Counted from the first letter of the stretch, positions 10,883-24,243 are shown. The stretch is DNA of 64,000 nucleotides from Candidatus Latescibacterota bacterium (GCA_965219455.1 OZ244744.1:5376001-5440000); one strand, 5' to 3'. Made by a program: numbers and translations. Notes: a model not told the origin generated them from the letters alone.

Positions 10883-11929
10883 GTGCAGATTACGTCGGTC
10901 AGAGCAATCCAGCCGAAATCCGCCGGAAGTCCGAACGACTGGAGGACCTGGATGGGTCAGATCGCGGTCAGCGTTGGGACGGAAGACGGGCTGACGGGCT
11001 TTGGCGTCGGTGGCGGCGGTGCGGCAGGCATTCACGTTATCGAGAACGGACTGCGCGGGCTTCTTATCGGCAGCGACGCGACCCGGGTCGAAGACCTGTG
11101 GGACGAAATGTATCGGACAACACGACCCTACGGACGGAAGGGAATCGCGGTGATGGCGATCAGCGGCGTGGACCTGGCGCTGTGGGATCTGAGGGGGAAA
11201 CGCCACGGAAAGCCGATAGCCGGGGTTTTGACAGGCAAGAACCCATGCCCTCCAAAAACTGTTTCCTGCTACATGACGGGATTCTCAGCGGAAGAGGTTA
11301 TACGTTCCGGCGCAAAGGGGTTCAACGCACTCAAGTTTCACGCGGGGCTCAGCCCGAACCAGAAAATCGCCGACGTGGTTGTTCCGATTCGACGTGTGAG
11401 AGACACCCTCGGGCCTGATGTCCGTTTGATGGCAGACGCGGCGATGAATCTGGACGCCGACACGGCACTGCGCCTGGTCGACGCATTAAAGGGATGTCGT
11501 CTGGAATGGCTCGAGGAACCGCTGCCGCCAGAGGATCTGGAAGGATACGGGAAATTGCGTGACCAGAGCCCGATACCCATTGCGGGCGGGGAACATGAAT
11601 ACACGGCAGCCGCCTTCGAAGTTCTGATGAGGGAACGTCTCCACGCAATCGTACAACCGGACGCGACCTGGTGTGGTGGACTTACGGAACTGCTGAAGAT
11701 TTATAAAATGGGCGAGAAATACCGCGTTCGGGTCTGTCCCCATCGTGGAAGCGAAATCTGGGCGCTGCACGCGATTGCGTCAATAGATCCTCATCCACTG
11801 GCCGAATCGGGCAGACCGTGGATCGACTGGGTGGACGGGCAACCTGAAATCGAAAATGGAAGCGTCGCGATCGGAAACGCGCCCGGCTTCGGGGTCGGGC
11901 TGCCCATCCCGCCCTGCCGAATTCGCTAG
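10883..11929 (+). CDS. Mandelate racemase/muconate lactonizing (enolase superfamily) acid-sugar dehydratase-like protein
   Basis: AISGVDLALWDLRGK, LMADA, WLEEPL, AGGEHE, QPDATWCGG, CPH. Confidence 0.88.
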   Translation: MQITSVRAIQPKSAGSPNDWRTWMGQIAVSVGTEDGLTGFGVGGGGAAGIHVIENGLRGLLIGSDATRVEDLWDEMYRTTRPYGRKGIAVMAISGVDLALWDLRGKRHGKPIAGVLTGKNPCPPKTVSCYMTGFSAEEVIRSGAKGFNALKFHAGLSPNQKIADVVVPIRRVRDTLGPDVRLMADAAMNLDADTALRLVDALKGCRLEWLEEPLPPEDLEGYGKLRDQSPIPIAGGEHEYTAAAFEVLMRERLHAIVQPDATWCGGLTELLKIYKMGEKYRVRVCPHRGSEIWALHAIASIDPHPLAESGRPWIDWVDGQPEIENGSVAIGNAPGFGVGLPIPPCRIR

Positions 11930-12142
11930 ATTTCCCGTGGCGTTCTTGTTGAGTCTCCCCGGTGAATACCTGCAACGGCGCCTGGGCAACAATCAAGATG
12001 GGTCACGTCTCGAGCCGGGATTGGCGAGGCGGCCGGACGTGTGACGGCGCCCGGGTTCGTAAAAACAAGGTGGCAGCGAGGGGTACATTGCGATACATGC
12101 AAATCGGTCGCAAAGGCACGGCTGTCGGGGTGGGCAAAAGGG

Positions 12143-12171
12143 TTGACATCGGATCTGGAATGCCATAATAT
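12143..12171 (+). promoter_or_regulatory. Sigma-70-type promoter
   Basis: TTGACA-17 bp-TAATAT upstream of the ORF at 12307. Confidence 0.6.
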
Positions 12172-12306
12172 TTAGTGGGCCTGTCGCCTTTCACTGCACC
12201 TGCGGCCCTGCTTTCGGATCTTCATCTGCGGACGGAACCGGTTCAATTCGCCATCCGAAAACCCTGTGCGCGTCTCCCCCGGACGTTATGAGAAATCGGG
12301 AGGAGT

Positions 12307-12657
12307 ATGATGTCCCCTGAAAATGGTGAATATCTGGAAGACGATCGTATATTGGCGCATCTTGTGGATCCGATTGACGCTGAAGCGTTTAAAAATTTAA
12401 TGGAACACGCCCACCCGCGGGGCATGAGCGCCGCGGATTTTGTTCGTGAAGTGCCTGAACGCACGTCGCGAAAGGCGATTCGGAGGCTGTGCCTGAAAGA
12501 CAGGAAGCGGACGTTGCGTGCGAGATTATCCTCCTTCGCCAGGAATCTATGGGCGCGCCCCGCAGAGGATCCCAAGACCACTTATATTCAGACACTCTAT
12601 TCACGCCGCGACCGGCCGCAGATTCCGGGCGGGAACGGACAGAAGCCCAAACGATGA
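12307..12657 (+). CDS. Hypothetical protein
   Basis: Strong RBS GGGAGGAG, upstream promoter, ATGA overlap with the next ORF. Confidence 0.6.
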   Translation: MMSPENGEYLEDDRILAHLVDPIDAEAFKNLMEHAHPRGMSAADFVREVPERTSRKAIRRLCLKDRKRTLRARLSSFARNLWARPAEDPKTTYIQTLYSRRDRPQIPGGNGQKPKR

Positions 12658-12836
12658 TGCAGGAAAAGCGACAGGCGCTACAGGTACACATTCACGAACT
12701 GGAAGAACTGGTCGAGGCGATGCTTGTACATGCGCGATCCGGAAACCAGGAGGCCAGGGAACGGCTGGTTCACGTGCATCGAGAGGTGATGAATAAACGG
12801 CATCGCCTCAAAGACCTGTACAGGCAGGATGGCTGA
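12654..12836 (+). CDS. Small helical/coiled-coil hypothetical protein (60 aa)
   Basis: ATGA coupling to the previous stop; MMQEKRQALQVHIHELEELVEAML heptad pattern. Confidence 0.55.
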   Translation: MMQEKRQALQVHIHELEELVEAMLVHARSGNQEARERLVHVHREVMNKRHRLKDLYRQDG

Positions 12837-12934
12837 GGGTTGGGACCCATAAAGCGGAATATGGCGGGCAAGCTCCGAGGCGTTTCCAGGAGTTGTGCCG
12901 CATGTTTCGCCTTTTTTGATTCATGCGGATTCAG

Positions 12935-13357
12935 ATGCGAATTCTTGCGGTTGACTATGGTCGACGCCGCGTGGGCCTGGCCGTTTCCGACGAAATGGGA
13001 TTTGCCGCGCGGGGGTTGCCAACGGTGCGGGCGGGCTCACGAAGCTCGGCGGTAGATTCCGTTGCACAGGTGGCTTCGGACGTTGGGGCGGCCGCACTTC
13101 TCGTTGGTATGCCGCTCAATATGGATGGCAGCCGAGGTCCGATGGCCGAAGCGGCCGAAGCATTCGCTGCCGCATTGAATCGAACAACGGGGCTGCCTGT
13201 TCGCTTCTGGGATGAACGGTTGACCACCGTTGCCGCTCGACGTGCGATACGGGAGATCGGAGCCAGGGGGCGAGATAAAAAGGGCACTGTGGATCGGATG
13301 GCGGCGGTTTTACTTCTGAATAACTATCTGCAGGCACAGGACTCGGCGGAACCCTGA
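12935..13357 (+). CDS. ruvX: Holliday junction resolvase-like / pre-16S rRNA nuclease RuvX (YqgF)
   Basis: MRILAVDYGRRRVGLAVSD, VGMPLNMDG, WDERLTT, VDRMAA. Confidence 0.95.
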   Translation: MRILAVDYGRRRVGLAVSDEMGFAARGLPTVRAGSRSSAVDSVAQVASDVGAAALLVGMPLNMDGSRGPMAEAAEAFAAALNRTTGLPVRFWDERLTTVAARRAIREIGARGRDKKGTVDRMAAVLLLNNYLQAQDSAEP

Positions 13358-14448
13358 TGCGAACCCGGGAGAAGCAGAGCATGGCGCCGATCGGTTCGGA
13401 TAGTCGCCGGTCCTGGAGATCTCGCGTCTTCGGGTCGGTGATCGTTCGTTCCATATTCGCGCTCATCTGCGTGGGCGCCGTGGGCCTGGTGCTGGTGGTC
13501 CTCGCCTTGAACCGTCCCACAGGGTCAGGGGCAAGGGAGGTCGTCATTCAAAAAGGGATGACGGTTTTGCAGATGGGAAGGTTGTTGCGCCAGGAAGGGG
13601 TGATTCGAAGTCCACAGCTTCTGATCCTGTTTTCTTTGTTTAACGGGACCAGCAGGCACCTCAAGGCCGGGCTTCACCGGTTCCGGGAGGGCATGAGCAC
13701 CTGGGAGGTTCTCAAAGAACTTTCCGTGTCCAGAGACGATTACCGCGTTGTAACCCTCCCGGAAGGTATGAATCTGGAGCAGACGCTCCGGCGCCTGGCG
13801 GCTGCATTGGATTTGGACGAGAGGAAAATGGGGCGTCTCGCGTCCGATGCCGGATATTGTCGCCGTTTGGGTGTAACCGCGGACCACCTCGAGGGATACC
13901 TCTTTCCCGAAACCTATCGGTTTTCGCTGGCGATGGACGAAGAGCAAGTCATCAGGATGCTGGTACGGCATTTCTTCAGGATTTTCGATGGGAAAATGGC
14001 GGCGCGAGCGCGTCAGATGGACATGTCGGTACATAACGTCGTCACGCTGGCCTCCATTATCGAAGGCGAAGCGATGTTGGATGAAGAACGGGCGACGATC
14101 TCGGCGGTATATCACAACCGGCTCAAGCGAGGGATGTATCTCCAGGCCGATCCGACGATCCAATTTTCCATCGAGGGAGGTCCCCGCAGGTTGTTTGACG
14201 AAGATTACAAGATCGACTCCCCGTACAATACCTATCGCCATCGCGGTTTACCGCCCGGTCCGGTGATGAATCCGGGGGCCGCGTCGCTGAAGGGCGCACT
14301 GTACCCGTCGGATGTGGACTACCTCTTTTTTGTGGCCACGGGAGACGGATCGCACGTGTTCAGCAGAACTTCCCGCGAACACAATGATGCCAAGCGGAAG
14401 ACAAGGTGGGCCAGGAGACGCGGTTGGCAAACGTCCCGGATGCCTTGA
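13357..14448 (+). CDS. mltG: Endolytic transglycosylase MltG
   Basis: N-terminal TM, TLPEG, LEGYLFPETY, LASIIEGEA, LQADPT, SPYNTY..GLPPGP. Confidence 0.95.
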   Translation: MRTREKQSMAPIGSDSRRSWRSRVFGSVIVRSIFALICVGAVGLVLVVLALNRPTGSGAREVVIQKGMTVLQMGRLLRQEGVIRSPQLLILFSLFNGTSRHLKAGLHRFREGMSTWEVLKELSVSRDDYRVVTLPEGMNLEQTLRRLAAALDLDERKMGRLASDAGYCRRLGVTADHLEGYLFPETYRFSLAMDEEQVIRMLVRHFFRIFDGKMAARARQMDMSVHNVVTLASIIEGEAMLDEERATISAVYHNRLKRGMYLQADPTIQFSIEGGPRRLFDEDYKIDSPYNTYRHRGLPPGPVMNPGAASLKGALYPSDVDYLFFVATGDGSHVFSRTSREHNDAKRKTRWARRRGWQTSRMP

Positions 14449-14466
14449 AAAGAGGAAAACGAGGGA

Positions 14467-16620
14467 ATGCAGGCCATTCTCGAGGGTTTGAACGAACAGC
14501 AGAAAGAGGCGGTATGTGTTGTGGATCGCCCGGTTCTCGTGCTGGCCGGGGCCGGATCCGGAAAGACACGAGTGCTGACCCACCGTCTTGCCTACCTGAT
14601 TGAGGTATGCGGCGTCCATCCGGGCGCAATTGTGGCCATGACGTTCACCAACAAGGCAGCGGGTGAGATGAATGGCCGTGTAGCGAATCTGTTGAACCGA
14701 AACACCAGGGGAATGTGGCTGGGGACATTCCACTCGCTGTGCGCACGAATTTTGAGGAGGGAGTCCGCGGCGGCCGGCCTGGAATCCAATTTCTCCATAT
14801 ACGATTCGGACGACCAGCTTGCGTTGATGCGGCAGGTCATTCGAGACCAGGAGATTTCGGAGCGGCAGTTTCCTCCCCGCCAGGTTCGGGGGCGAATCAG
14901 TTCCGAGAAAAGCCGCATGGTCGATCCGGTCGCTTTTTCTCAACGTGCCGGCACCTTTTACGAGCAGCAGGTCGCCCGGATTTATCGGCAGTACCAATCG
15001 GCGTTACAACAGAACAACGCTGTTGATTTCGACGATCTTCTCATGCTGACAGTGCAGGTTTTCAGGGACGATCCGGAGATCCTGGGGCGGTACCAGAACC
15101 GGTTCGAGCACTGTCTGATCGACGAGTACCAGGATACCAACCGGCCACAGTATCTTTTCGCGCGTCTGCTGGCGGAAAAACATGGCCGCATCTTTGTGGT
15201 CGGAGACGACGACCAGAGCATCTATGCATGGCGCGGTGCGGATTTGGGAAACATCCTGAATTTCGAGAAGGATTTTCCCAATGCCCACGTCATCCGTCTC
15301 GAACAGAACTACCGGTCGTCACAGGTAATTCTTGACGCGGGAAACGCGGTGATTCGCAACAACCTCGGACGGAAGGGGAAAGAGCTCTGGACAAATCGGG
15401 ATCGCGGGGAACCGATTCGGCTTTCGCGATGCGCGGACGAAGTGGACGAAGCCCAATGGATCGCCCGGGAATCGAAACGTCTCAGGGCAGCGTACACCTA
15501 CGGACAAATCGCCGTATTGTACCGTACGAACGCTCAGTCCCGCGCGCTGGAAGACGGACTGCGTTACGAGGCGATTCCATATGTGATTGTGGGGGGCGTT
15601 CGGTTTTACGAACGCATGGAAGTCAAGGATGTGCTTGCTTACCTCAGGCTGATCGTGAATCCCAGCGATTCGATCAGCCTGTACCGTATTCTCAATACGC
15701 CGCGCCGCGGCATCGGCCGGACCTCTCTCGCAAGATTGGAAGCCTTCGCGGCGAGCGAGGGTATCACACCATCTGACGCTCTGTCTCGCGCCATTGACGT
15801 AGACGGCCTTACGGCCCGCGCGAAAGTGGCGATGGGGCAATTTCACGGAATGATTGAAGGATTCCGAAACCGGTTGGAGGATGAGCCGGCCCACCTGCTG
15901 GCGGGGCGCATCGTACAGGAAACCGGATATTTGCAGACGCTGGAAGAATTGACGCCCGCCGAGACCATTTCCCGCTCCGAGAATGTACAGGAACTGCTGG
16001 TGGCCATTGAAGATTTCGTGCAGCGATCCGACACACCTTCGCTGTCGGCATTTTTGCGGGAAGTCGCACTGGTTACCGACGTGGACCAGTGGCGTGAGGA
16101 GGCCGATGCCGTGACGTTGATGACGTTGCATAGCGCAAAGGGACTCGAGTTTCCGGCGGTATTTATTACGGGTCTGGAAGAGGGGTTGTTCCCTATCTTG
16201 AGGGAACACGACGATCCGCTGGTGGAAGAAGCGGCCGTGGAGGAGGAGCGGCGGCTGTTTTATGTGGGCGTCACAAGGGCGCAGGACCGGCTCCACCTGA
16301 TACATGCCACGCAGCGTCGGCGGTACGGAGGCGCAACGGTCAGTTCCGAGTCCAGATTCCTGCGAGAAATCCCAGGAGATCTGATCGTTCGCGGACACGC
16401 CTTTCAAGAGGATGTTCCCCAACGTGCCCGGATAGATACACCGACAGATATCGACCCCTTCCCGATGGAAGCGGGCTCGGCCATTCTCCATCCCAAGTGG
16501 GGACGCGGACGGATTGTCGACCGCTCCGGCAGCGGTCCGGATACCAAACTCACGGTTCGCTTTCAGAACGGATCAACAAAAAAGGTGGTCGTCCGGTTCG
16601 CCGGTCTTCGGCCGGGATGA
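14467..16620 (+). CDS. pcrA: ATP-dependent DNA helicase PcrA/UvrD
   Basis: AGAGSGKT, TFTNKAA, DEYQDTN, VGDDDQSIY, LEQNYRS, TLHSAKGLEF, EERRLFYVGVTRA, C-terminal Tudor-like domain. Confidence 0.95.
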   Translation: MQAILEGLNEQQKEAVCVVDRPVLVLAGAGSGKTRVLTHRLAYLIEVCGVHPGAIVAMTFTNKAAGEMNGRVANLLNRNTRGMWLGTFHSLCARILRRESAAAGLESNFSIYDSDDQLALMRQVIRDQEISERQFPPRQVRGRISSEKSRMVDPVAFSQRAGTFYEQQVARIYRQYQSALQQNNAVDFDDLLMLTVQVFRDDPEILGRYQNRFEHCLIDEYQDTNRPQYLFARLLAEKHGRIFVVGDDDQSIYAWRGADLGNILNFEKDFPNAHVIRLEQNYRSSQVILDAGNAVIRNNLGRKGKELWTNRDRGEPIRLSRCADEVDEAQWIARESKRLRAAYTYGQIAVLYRTNAQSRALEDGLRYEAIPYVIVGGVRFYERMEVKDVLAYLRLIVNPSDSISLYRILNTPRRGIGRTSLARLEAFAASEGITPSDALSRAIDVDGLTARAKVAMGQFHGMIEGFRNRLEDEPAHLLAGRIVQETGYLQTLEELTPAETISRSENVQELLVAIEDFVQRSDTPSLSAFLREVALVTDVDQWREEADAVTLMTLHSAKGLEFPAVFITGLEEGLFPILREHDDPLVEEAAVEEERRLFYVGVTRAQDRLHLIHATQRRRYGGATVSSESRFLREIPGDLIVRGHAFQEDVPQRARIDTPTDIDPFPMEAGSAILHPKWGRGRIVDRSGSGPDTKLTVRFQNGSTKKVVVRFAGLRPG

Positions 16621-16751
16621 TCGTAAGCCGTCAACGGCGCCGGCCTTTGGTCCGCTTCGCCAAAATCCTCTTGATTTCGAGTTTGATTTCGCTCATATTA
16701 CAGTCACAATGAAGACCGGATATAACCACAGTCCATTTTCATGGGTTACTT

Positions 16752-17039
16752 ATGTCGGTTACGCTGGAAGACGTACGAAAGGTCGCGCAACTTGCCCGGC
16801 TCAGGTTCAACAGGGAAGAGGAGGAACGCCTGGTTGTCGACCTGAATCAGATGCTGGATTATGCGGCCGCACTGGAGAAACTGAATACAACTGACGTTTC
16901 GCCCACGTCGCACGTACTACCTGTCTGTAACGTGTTTCGGGAGGATACGCCCGTTCCGTCTCTTTCCCAGACCGAGGCGCTGTCAAATGCGCCGAGCTCA
17001 GGCTACGGCCATTTCAGGGTTCCCAAAGTTATCGAATAG
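16752..17039 (+). CDS. gatC: Asp/Glu-tRNA amidotransferase subunit C
   Basis: VRKVAQLARL, NVFRED, ALSNAP, FRVPKVIE. Confidence 0.95.
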   Translation: MSVTLEDVRKVAQLARLRFNREEEERLVVDLNQMLDYAAALEKLNTTDVSPTSHVLPVCNVFREDTPVPSLSQTEALSNAPSSGYGHFRVPKVIE

Positions 17040-19438
<2,399 letters not shown>

Positions 19439-19479
19439 CTACCTGTTTTTCTGCAAACGTCCCCTTTCCTTCCAATTTT

Positions 19480-20805
19480 ATGCTTTTTTCCCTGTTTTTT
19501 TTGCCGTATTTCCTGGCCACGGCCTCTCCTGTTGGCGCAACAGAACTGATTCGTGCCGACCGCAGCGAAACCACCCTGCGGGACTCCGGCGTTTTGCGGA
19601 TTGAAGTGGGCAGGGTATCCTACCAACACCCTGAACGTCTACTCAGCGTAAATGCAGATTCCGCCCGCCTGTGGATTCCCGACGGGGGTGTATCAAGAGC
19701 GAGGTTTTTCGGTCGAGTCGCGTATCGGGATTCAGCACGACGGCTGGACGCCGCCACCTTGACGTACCTGCCACGCACGGAGGTAGCCACCTTTGCGGGT
19801 GGGGTGCGGGTCATCGAAAAGGACCGCCTCCTGATTGCTCAACGGGTGGCGTACCACAAAAAGGAGAACCGGTTGGACGCCCAGGGCGGGGTGACGCTGA
19901 GCTACGGCCGGCAGCGGATTTCACTGCGTGCGCCGGCAATGACGTACCATGTGTTGGCGGATTCGGGTTCAGGTACAGGTGGCGTTCACGCTGTACGCTT
20001 ACCGGAAACACCGGGAGATTCGCTCGCCGTCCGCTCGGATTCGATGCATTTTGCCAACCTGGGTAATCTCCTGCGGTTCCTTGGCCGGGTCCGTATGGAT
20101 CACGCCGGAATGCTGGCGGGTGCACCCCGCGGCCGCTATTTGAGGCGGCCGGACCGTCTGGAATTGGGAGGCGGGGCGTATGCTGTCTGGATTCAGAACG
20201 ATGAAACACGTGCTGATTCGGTAACTTTGAGCGCCGAACGGATACAGGTACAGGGTGCGGGTGGTAATGCGCTCAATAAAATCGTACTGGTCGGCGCTGC
20301 CAGGCTGCGGATGGAGGCAGTGCAGCCTGAGCGGGACGGTGCGCAGGCGGTTCAGGCCGATTCGGTTGTGCTTGGCATGGCGGGGGGCCAGATCGTCACC
20401 GTAGATGCAACAGGGGAGGCTTCGACGCTGTTGACCGCGCGGGATGGCGCCAGCGTGGACCTTAAGGGCCGGCGAATATGGATGGGCTTTCTGGAGGGGG
20501 ACCTCGATACCCTGACGGTTCAAGGGCACGGCATCGGTGCCTATATGTCATCCGATAGCGCAACCGTCAGTCAAATTTCCGGCGGCTCGATTGCGTTCGG
20601 ATTCAAAAAGGGAGCCGTACATTACGTCGGGATCAGGGAGGTTGCCCGATGTACGCACCGTTCGGAGACCGAGAATACCGGCGATATCCAGCTATCGGGC
20701 GATCATGTGAAACTGACGTTCGAGGGCGACAGGCTCACCAACGTTGAAGCGGAAGGCGGGGTTCGAGGCCGATACAAGCCGGCGGAATCCGGAGAGGCGC
20801 CGTGA
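19480..20805 (+). CDS. lptA: Extended LptA/OstA-like protein
   Basis: Signal peptide, repeated OstA-like beta units (ADS..., A.GGV), position between lptC and lptB; start uncertain. Confidence 0.65.
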   Translation: MLFSLFFLPYFLATASPVGATELIRADRSETTLRDSGVLRIEVGRVSYQHPERLLSVNADSARLWIPDGGVSRARFFGRVAYRDSARRLDAATLTYLPRTEVATFAGGVRVIEKDRLLIAQRVAYHKKENRLDAQGGVTLSYGRQRISLRAPAMTYHVLADSGSGTGGVHAVRLPETPGDSLAVRSDSMHFANLGNLLRFLGRVRMDHAGMLAGAPRGRYLRRPDRLELGGGAYAVWIQNDETRADSVTLSAERIQVQGAGGNALNKIVLVGAARLRMEAVQPERDGAQAVQADSVVLGMAGGQIVTVDATGEASTLLTARDGASVDLKGRRIWMGFLEGDLDTLTVQGHGIGAYMSSDSATVSQISGGSIAFGFKKGAVHYVGIREVARCTHRSETENTGDIQLSGDHVKLTFEGDRLTNVEAEGGVRGRYKPAESGEAP

Positions 20806-21524
20806 TTTTGAAGGCCCGAAACCTGGTGAAAGCATATCACCGCCAGCGGGTTGTGGATGGTGTTGGCCTTGAGGTGAATCCGGGAGAGGTCGTGGGTCTT
20901 CTGGGCCCAAATGGTGCGGGTAAGACCACCACCTTTCACCTGATTGTGGGCCTGGTTCCGTGCAAGCAGGGGAAAATTTTTCTCGGCGAAGAGGAAATAA
21001 CCGGCATGCCGATGTATATTCGGGCACGGAAGGGTATCGGTTATCTGGCCCAGGAACCCTCCGTTTTTCGTAAGCTATCCGTGAAGCAGAATATCCTTGC
21101 GGTGCTGGAAACACTTCACGTGTCACGTGTAGAACAGGAAACCCGACTGGAGGCGCTTCTGCAGGAACTAGGACTCTCGAGTCTCGCGAATCGCAGAGCG
21201 GACCGTCTCTCGGGCGGCGAAGCCCGCAGACTGGAAATTACCCGTGCTCTGGCGAGACGCCCAAGATTCCTGCTACTCGATGAACCGTTCGCGGGTATTG
21301 ATCCAAGGGCGGTCGAAGATATCCAGGCCATAATCCGTATCCTGAAGGACCGGCAGATCGGACTGCTGATTACCGATCACAACGTACGCGAAACCCTGGC
21401 GATCACCGACAGGTCCTATATTCTCTCCAACGGAAGAATTCTGACCTCCGGTAGTCCCGTTGAACTGGCAGAGAATCCGGAGGTACGGCGCGTATACCTC
21501 GGGGATCGCTTCCGATTGGACTGA
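20802..21524 (+). CDS. lptB: LPS export ABC transporter ATP-binding protein
   Basis: [55 protein letters not shown]. Confidence 0.97.
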   Translation: MILKARNLVKAYHRQRVVDGVGLEVNPGEVVGLLGPNGAGKTTTFHLIVGLVPCKQGKIFLGEEEITGMPMYIRARKGIGYLAQEPSVFRKLSVKQNILAVLETLHVSRVEQETRLEALLQELGLSSLANRRADRLSGGEARRLEITRALARRPRFLLLDEPFAGIDPRAVEDIQAIIRILKDRQIGLLITDHNVRETLAITDRSYILSNGRILTSGSPVELAENPEVRRVYLGDRFRLD

Positions 21525-21753
21525 CAGAAAAATGGATTTGTCACGCGGTCCCATTTCCGTTATTATTTCTCCACCCGGTGAATGGATAACGGATCGATCG
21601 CTGATCAGACCAATCGTTCCGACCTGGCGAAAGTCGAAAATTACAACATGTTGATAATACGCATGTTAATCAGCATTATTTTACACTAGACCATCCGCTG
21701 GAGAGTTTGTTCTCTCCCGCTTTCACCGTCTTTTCAGGGATCTCTAAGGGCAT

Positions 21754-23223
21754 ATGATTCAACTGACCCAAACCGTTACCCTTCAACAGAAGTTGGCACC
21801 CCAACTCATCCAGTCCTTGCGTCTCCTCCAGATGGCTTCGCTCGAATTGGAACAGTTAATTCAGCAGGAACTGCAGACCAATCCGCTCCTGGAAGTTTCT
21901 GAAGAGACCGGGCGCGAAGAGGAGGAATGGGGTCTGGAGTCGGAAGATGCGGAAGCGGACGATATCGACGCCGGGAGGAAGGAAGCAGACGATGCGGATC
22001 CGCCGGAACTGGAATTCGGCGATGCGACGATGGCCGACGGCCGCTTCGATGAGAACCAGTGGAACGAACTCCTTAACGATGCCGGATATACCGCGCCCCG
22101 GCAGGAGTTCGATCCCAATGCAGAAGATTGGGAGTACGACGGCGCCGAACAGCAATCATTGGAAGCGGAGTTGCAGGTCCAACTCTCTCTTACCGATCTG
22201 GGCGTCGGGGAGCGGAAGATCGGCGAGTACATCATAGGCAATATCGACGAAGATGGCTTTTTGCAGGCACAGGTCGAGGATATTGCCAACGTGTTCGGAG
22301 AAGATGCCAGGACTGTAGAGCGGATTCTGGACGTCATACAGACGTTCGATCCACCGGGCGTGGGTGCACGGGACCTCCCGGAATGCCTGGCGATCCAGCT
22401 TCGCGAGCAGGGGCTGGAGGATTCCCTCGCGATGCGGATCGTGCGCGACCACTGGGATGATCTGGTGAGCCGCCGATACATCAAGATCTGTCGATCGCTG
22501 GGTGCGGACCGGGTCGCAATTGCCAACGCCGAAGGCGTGATCTCGGGCCTGAATCCCAAGCCGATGATCTACAGGGAAGGCCGAATCAATCACAATCTGG
22601 TCGTCCCCGACCTTGAGGTCCAGAAGGTCGGCGACGAGTACGTGGTTTCGCTTATCGACCCCAATCTCCCTTCCCTGCGGGTCAGCCCTGTCTACAGGAC
22701 ACTGCTGAGCAAGTCCGGTAAACCTGGTAGCCAGGCCAGAAAGTTCGTCGTGGATCGTCTGAATTCAGCCCGCTGGTTCATCAGCGCGATCAACCAGCGC
22801 CGTACCACGATGCTCAAGGTCATGCGTTGTATTGTCGACAATCAACGCGCGTTCTTCGACAAGGGAGTTGGATTCCTTAAGCCCATGGTGCTCCAGGAGG
22901 TCGCGGACCGGGTGAACATGCATGTGTCAACGATTAGTCGGGTGAGCAACGGGAAATATGTACAAACGCCACACGGTGTTTTTGAGTTGAAGTACTTTTT
23001 CGACGGCGGGCTGACCCGCAACAACGGCGAAGATATCGCCACAAGGAGCGTGAAACAAAAGATCGCCAGGTTGATTTCCGAGGAGAACACCAGAAAACCT
23101 TTGAGCGATCGGAAAATCGCCGATTTACTGATCGCAGAAGGCATCACGATTGCGCGCCGTACGGTAGCCAAGTATAGAGACCAGTTGAAGATCAATCCGG
23201 CCAGGTACAGAAAGTCAATTTGA
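21754..23223 (+). CDS. rpoN: RNA polymerase sigma-54 factor
   Basis: PQLIQSLRLLQ, DPPGVGARDL.ECL, HVSTISR, RpoN box ARRTVAKYR. Confidence 0.97.
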   Translation: MIQLTQTVTLQQKLAPQLIQSLRLLQMASLELEQLIQQELQTNPLLEVSEETGREEEEWGLESEDAEADDIDAGRKEADDADPPELEFGDATMADGRFDENQWNELLNDAGYTAPRQEFDPNAEDWEYDGAEQQSLEAELQVQLSLTDLGVGERKIGEYIIGNIDEDGFLQAQVEDIANVFGEDARTVERILDVIQTFDPPGVGARDLPECLAIQLREQGLEDSLAMRIVRDHWDDLVSRRYIKICRSLGADRVAIANAEGVISGLNPKPMIYREGRINHNLVVPDLEVQKVGDEYVVSLIDPNLPSLRVSPVYRTLLSKSGKPGSQARKFVVDRLNSARWFISAINQRRTTMLKVMRCIVDNQRAFFDKGVGFLKPMVLQEVADRVNMHVSTISRVSNGKYVQTPHGVFELKYFFDGGLTRNNGEDIATRSVKQKIARLISEENTRKPLSDRKIADLLIAEGITIARRTVAKYRDQLKINPARYRKSI

Positions 23224-23237
23224 ACGCGAGCAGGACA

Positions 23238-23348
23238 TAACAGTCCGTTGAAGAAGCTGCTCTGCAGGCGATGCATTGTCGTCCCGTCCCGGAAAGAGAT
23301 CGCGGAAATTCGGCTGCAGATCGGACGGACTTTTTCAACGGGCAGATA
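23238..23348. repeat. MITE/REP-like element copy 1 (internally shortened)
   Basis: Imperfect terminal inverted repeats TAACAGTCCGTTGAAGAAG / CTTTTTCAACGGGCAGATA; shares GCTCTGCAGGCGA, GTCCCGTCCC and GGACTTTTTCAACGGGC with copy 2. Confidence 0.65.
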
Positions 23349-23445
23349 AACACCGACAGACGACAACCGGCGGAATCTTGAGCGATGGGGTATTTTCGCT
23401 AAGATCCCGCCGGTTTTTTGCGTCTGTGCGCCCGTTTTGGATAAT

Positions 23446-24234
23446 CTATCCGTCGGATTGAATCGCGCTGATTTCGTCCGTTGAAATTTTGTGAACACTC
23501 TTGGGATTGAAAGTTTGCCGTGTGCCCGACCTGAGCGCAACTTCGATTCTTCCTCCTGTAAGGACGAAAAACTGGAGCAGGAACCCTCCGCCTTGCATCG
23601 ACTCGACCTGATATTCCCCGGTGTCCATCCCGTCGACCCATTCTGGAAGATGTGCCCTGAAACGGGCATCCGCGCAAACGGATTGCGGTAGCGCCATGAT
23701 CAACGTTCCAGGTATATCGTTCACGGCTTCACCAATTGTCCTTCGAATCCCGGCCAGATAGGGGATCACCTTCCCGGCGTAGTCGAAGTCTTCCTCGTCG
23801 CCCCGCTCGGGTGGAACAATACCCCACGTCATATGGTGTATAAATGGGTTGCCGTGACCCTGGGCGAGCATGTGATCCCGGGCCGCTTCATCCACAGGAT
23901 GGACGACCGCGACGTAGTCAAACCAGCCCTCTCCGCGAGCGGGGCTGTCCTCGGGCAGCCCCGAAGGCACGTTAATGTAGTCGTACCCGTCCACCGGCGA
24001 CGGATAGCACCGGGTGTCCCATCCGGCGACGTAACCGACGCGTTTCAAACGGCCGGCAAGAAGATGCGGGGGATCGACAAAAATTGCGGCATGGTCTGGA
24101 TTCGGCAACAGCGGTACGCCGGCGTCAGAGATTTTTCGTGCGACATCGAGCGCCTCCCGCAGCCGTTCGGAAGCGTTGGAGATGTCGAGTTGCTCGTTGA
24201 AATCGTCCGGCAGGATAACGTTTCCAGGCATCAT
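23446..24234 (-). CDS. Hypothetical protein resembling the HPPD C-terminal (VOC) metal-binding domain
   Basis: DHAAI, IHHMTW, GFLLQFF, RIEVALR.G in HPPD-like order; RBS GGAGAG. Confidence 0.6.
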   Translation of the reverse strand: MMPGNVILPDDFNEQLDISNASERLREALDVARKISDAGVPLLPNPDHAAIFVDPPHLLAGRLKRVGYVAGWDTRCYPSPVDGYDYINVPSGLPEDSPARGEGWFDYVAVVHPVDEAARDHMLAQGHGNPFIHHMTWGIVPPERGDEEDFDYAGKVIPYLAGIRRTIGEAVNDIPGTLIMALPQSVCADARFRAHLPEWVDGMDTGEYQVESMQGGGFLLQFFVLTGGRIEVALRSGTRQTFNPKSVHKISTDEISAIQSDG

Positions 24235-24243
24235 TCTCTCCTA

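Noticed and set aside
10665-12900. Genomic island integrated at tRNA-Arg
   Set aside because: No integrase, and I found no duplicated tRNA 3' end in the window
16752-17039. gatC without gatA/gatB as an anomaly
   Set aside because: Dispersed gat genes are common in many bacterial lineages
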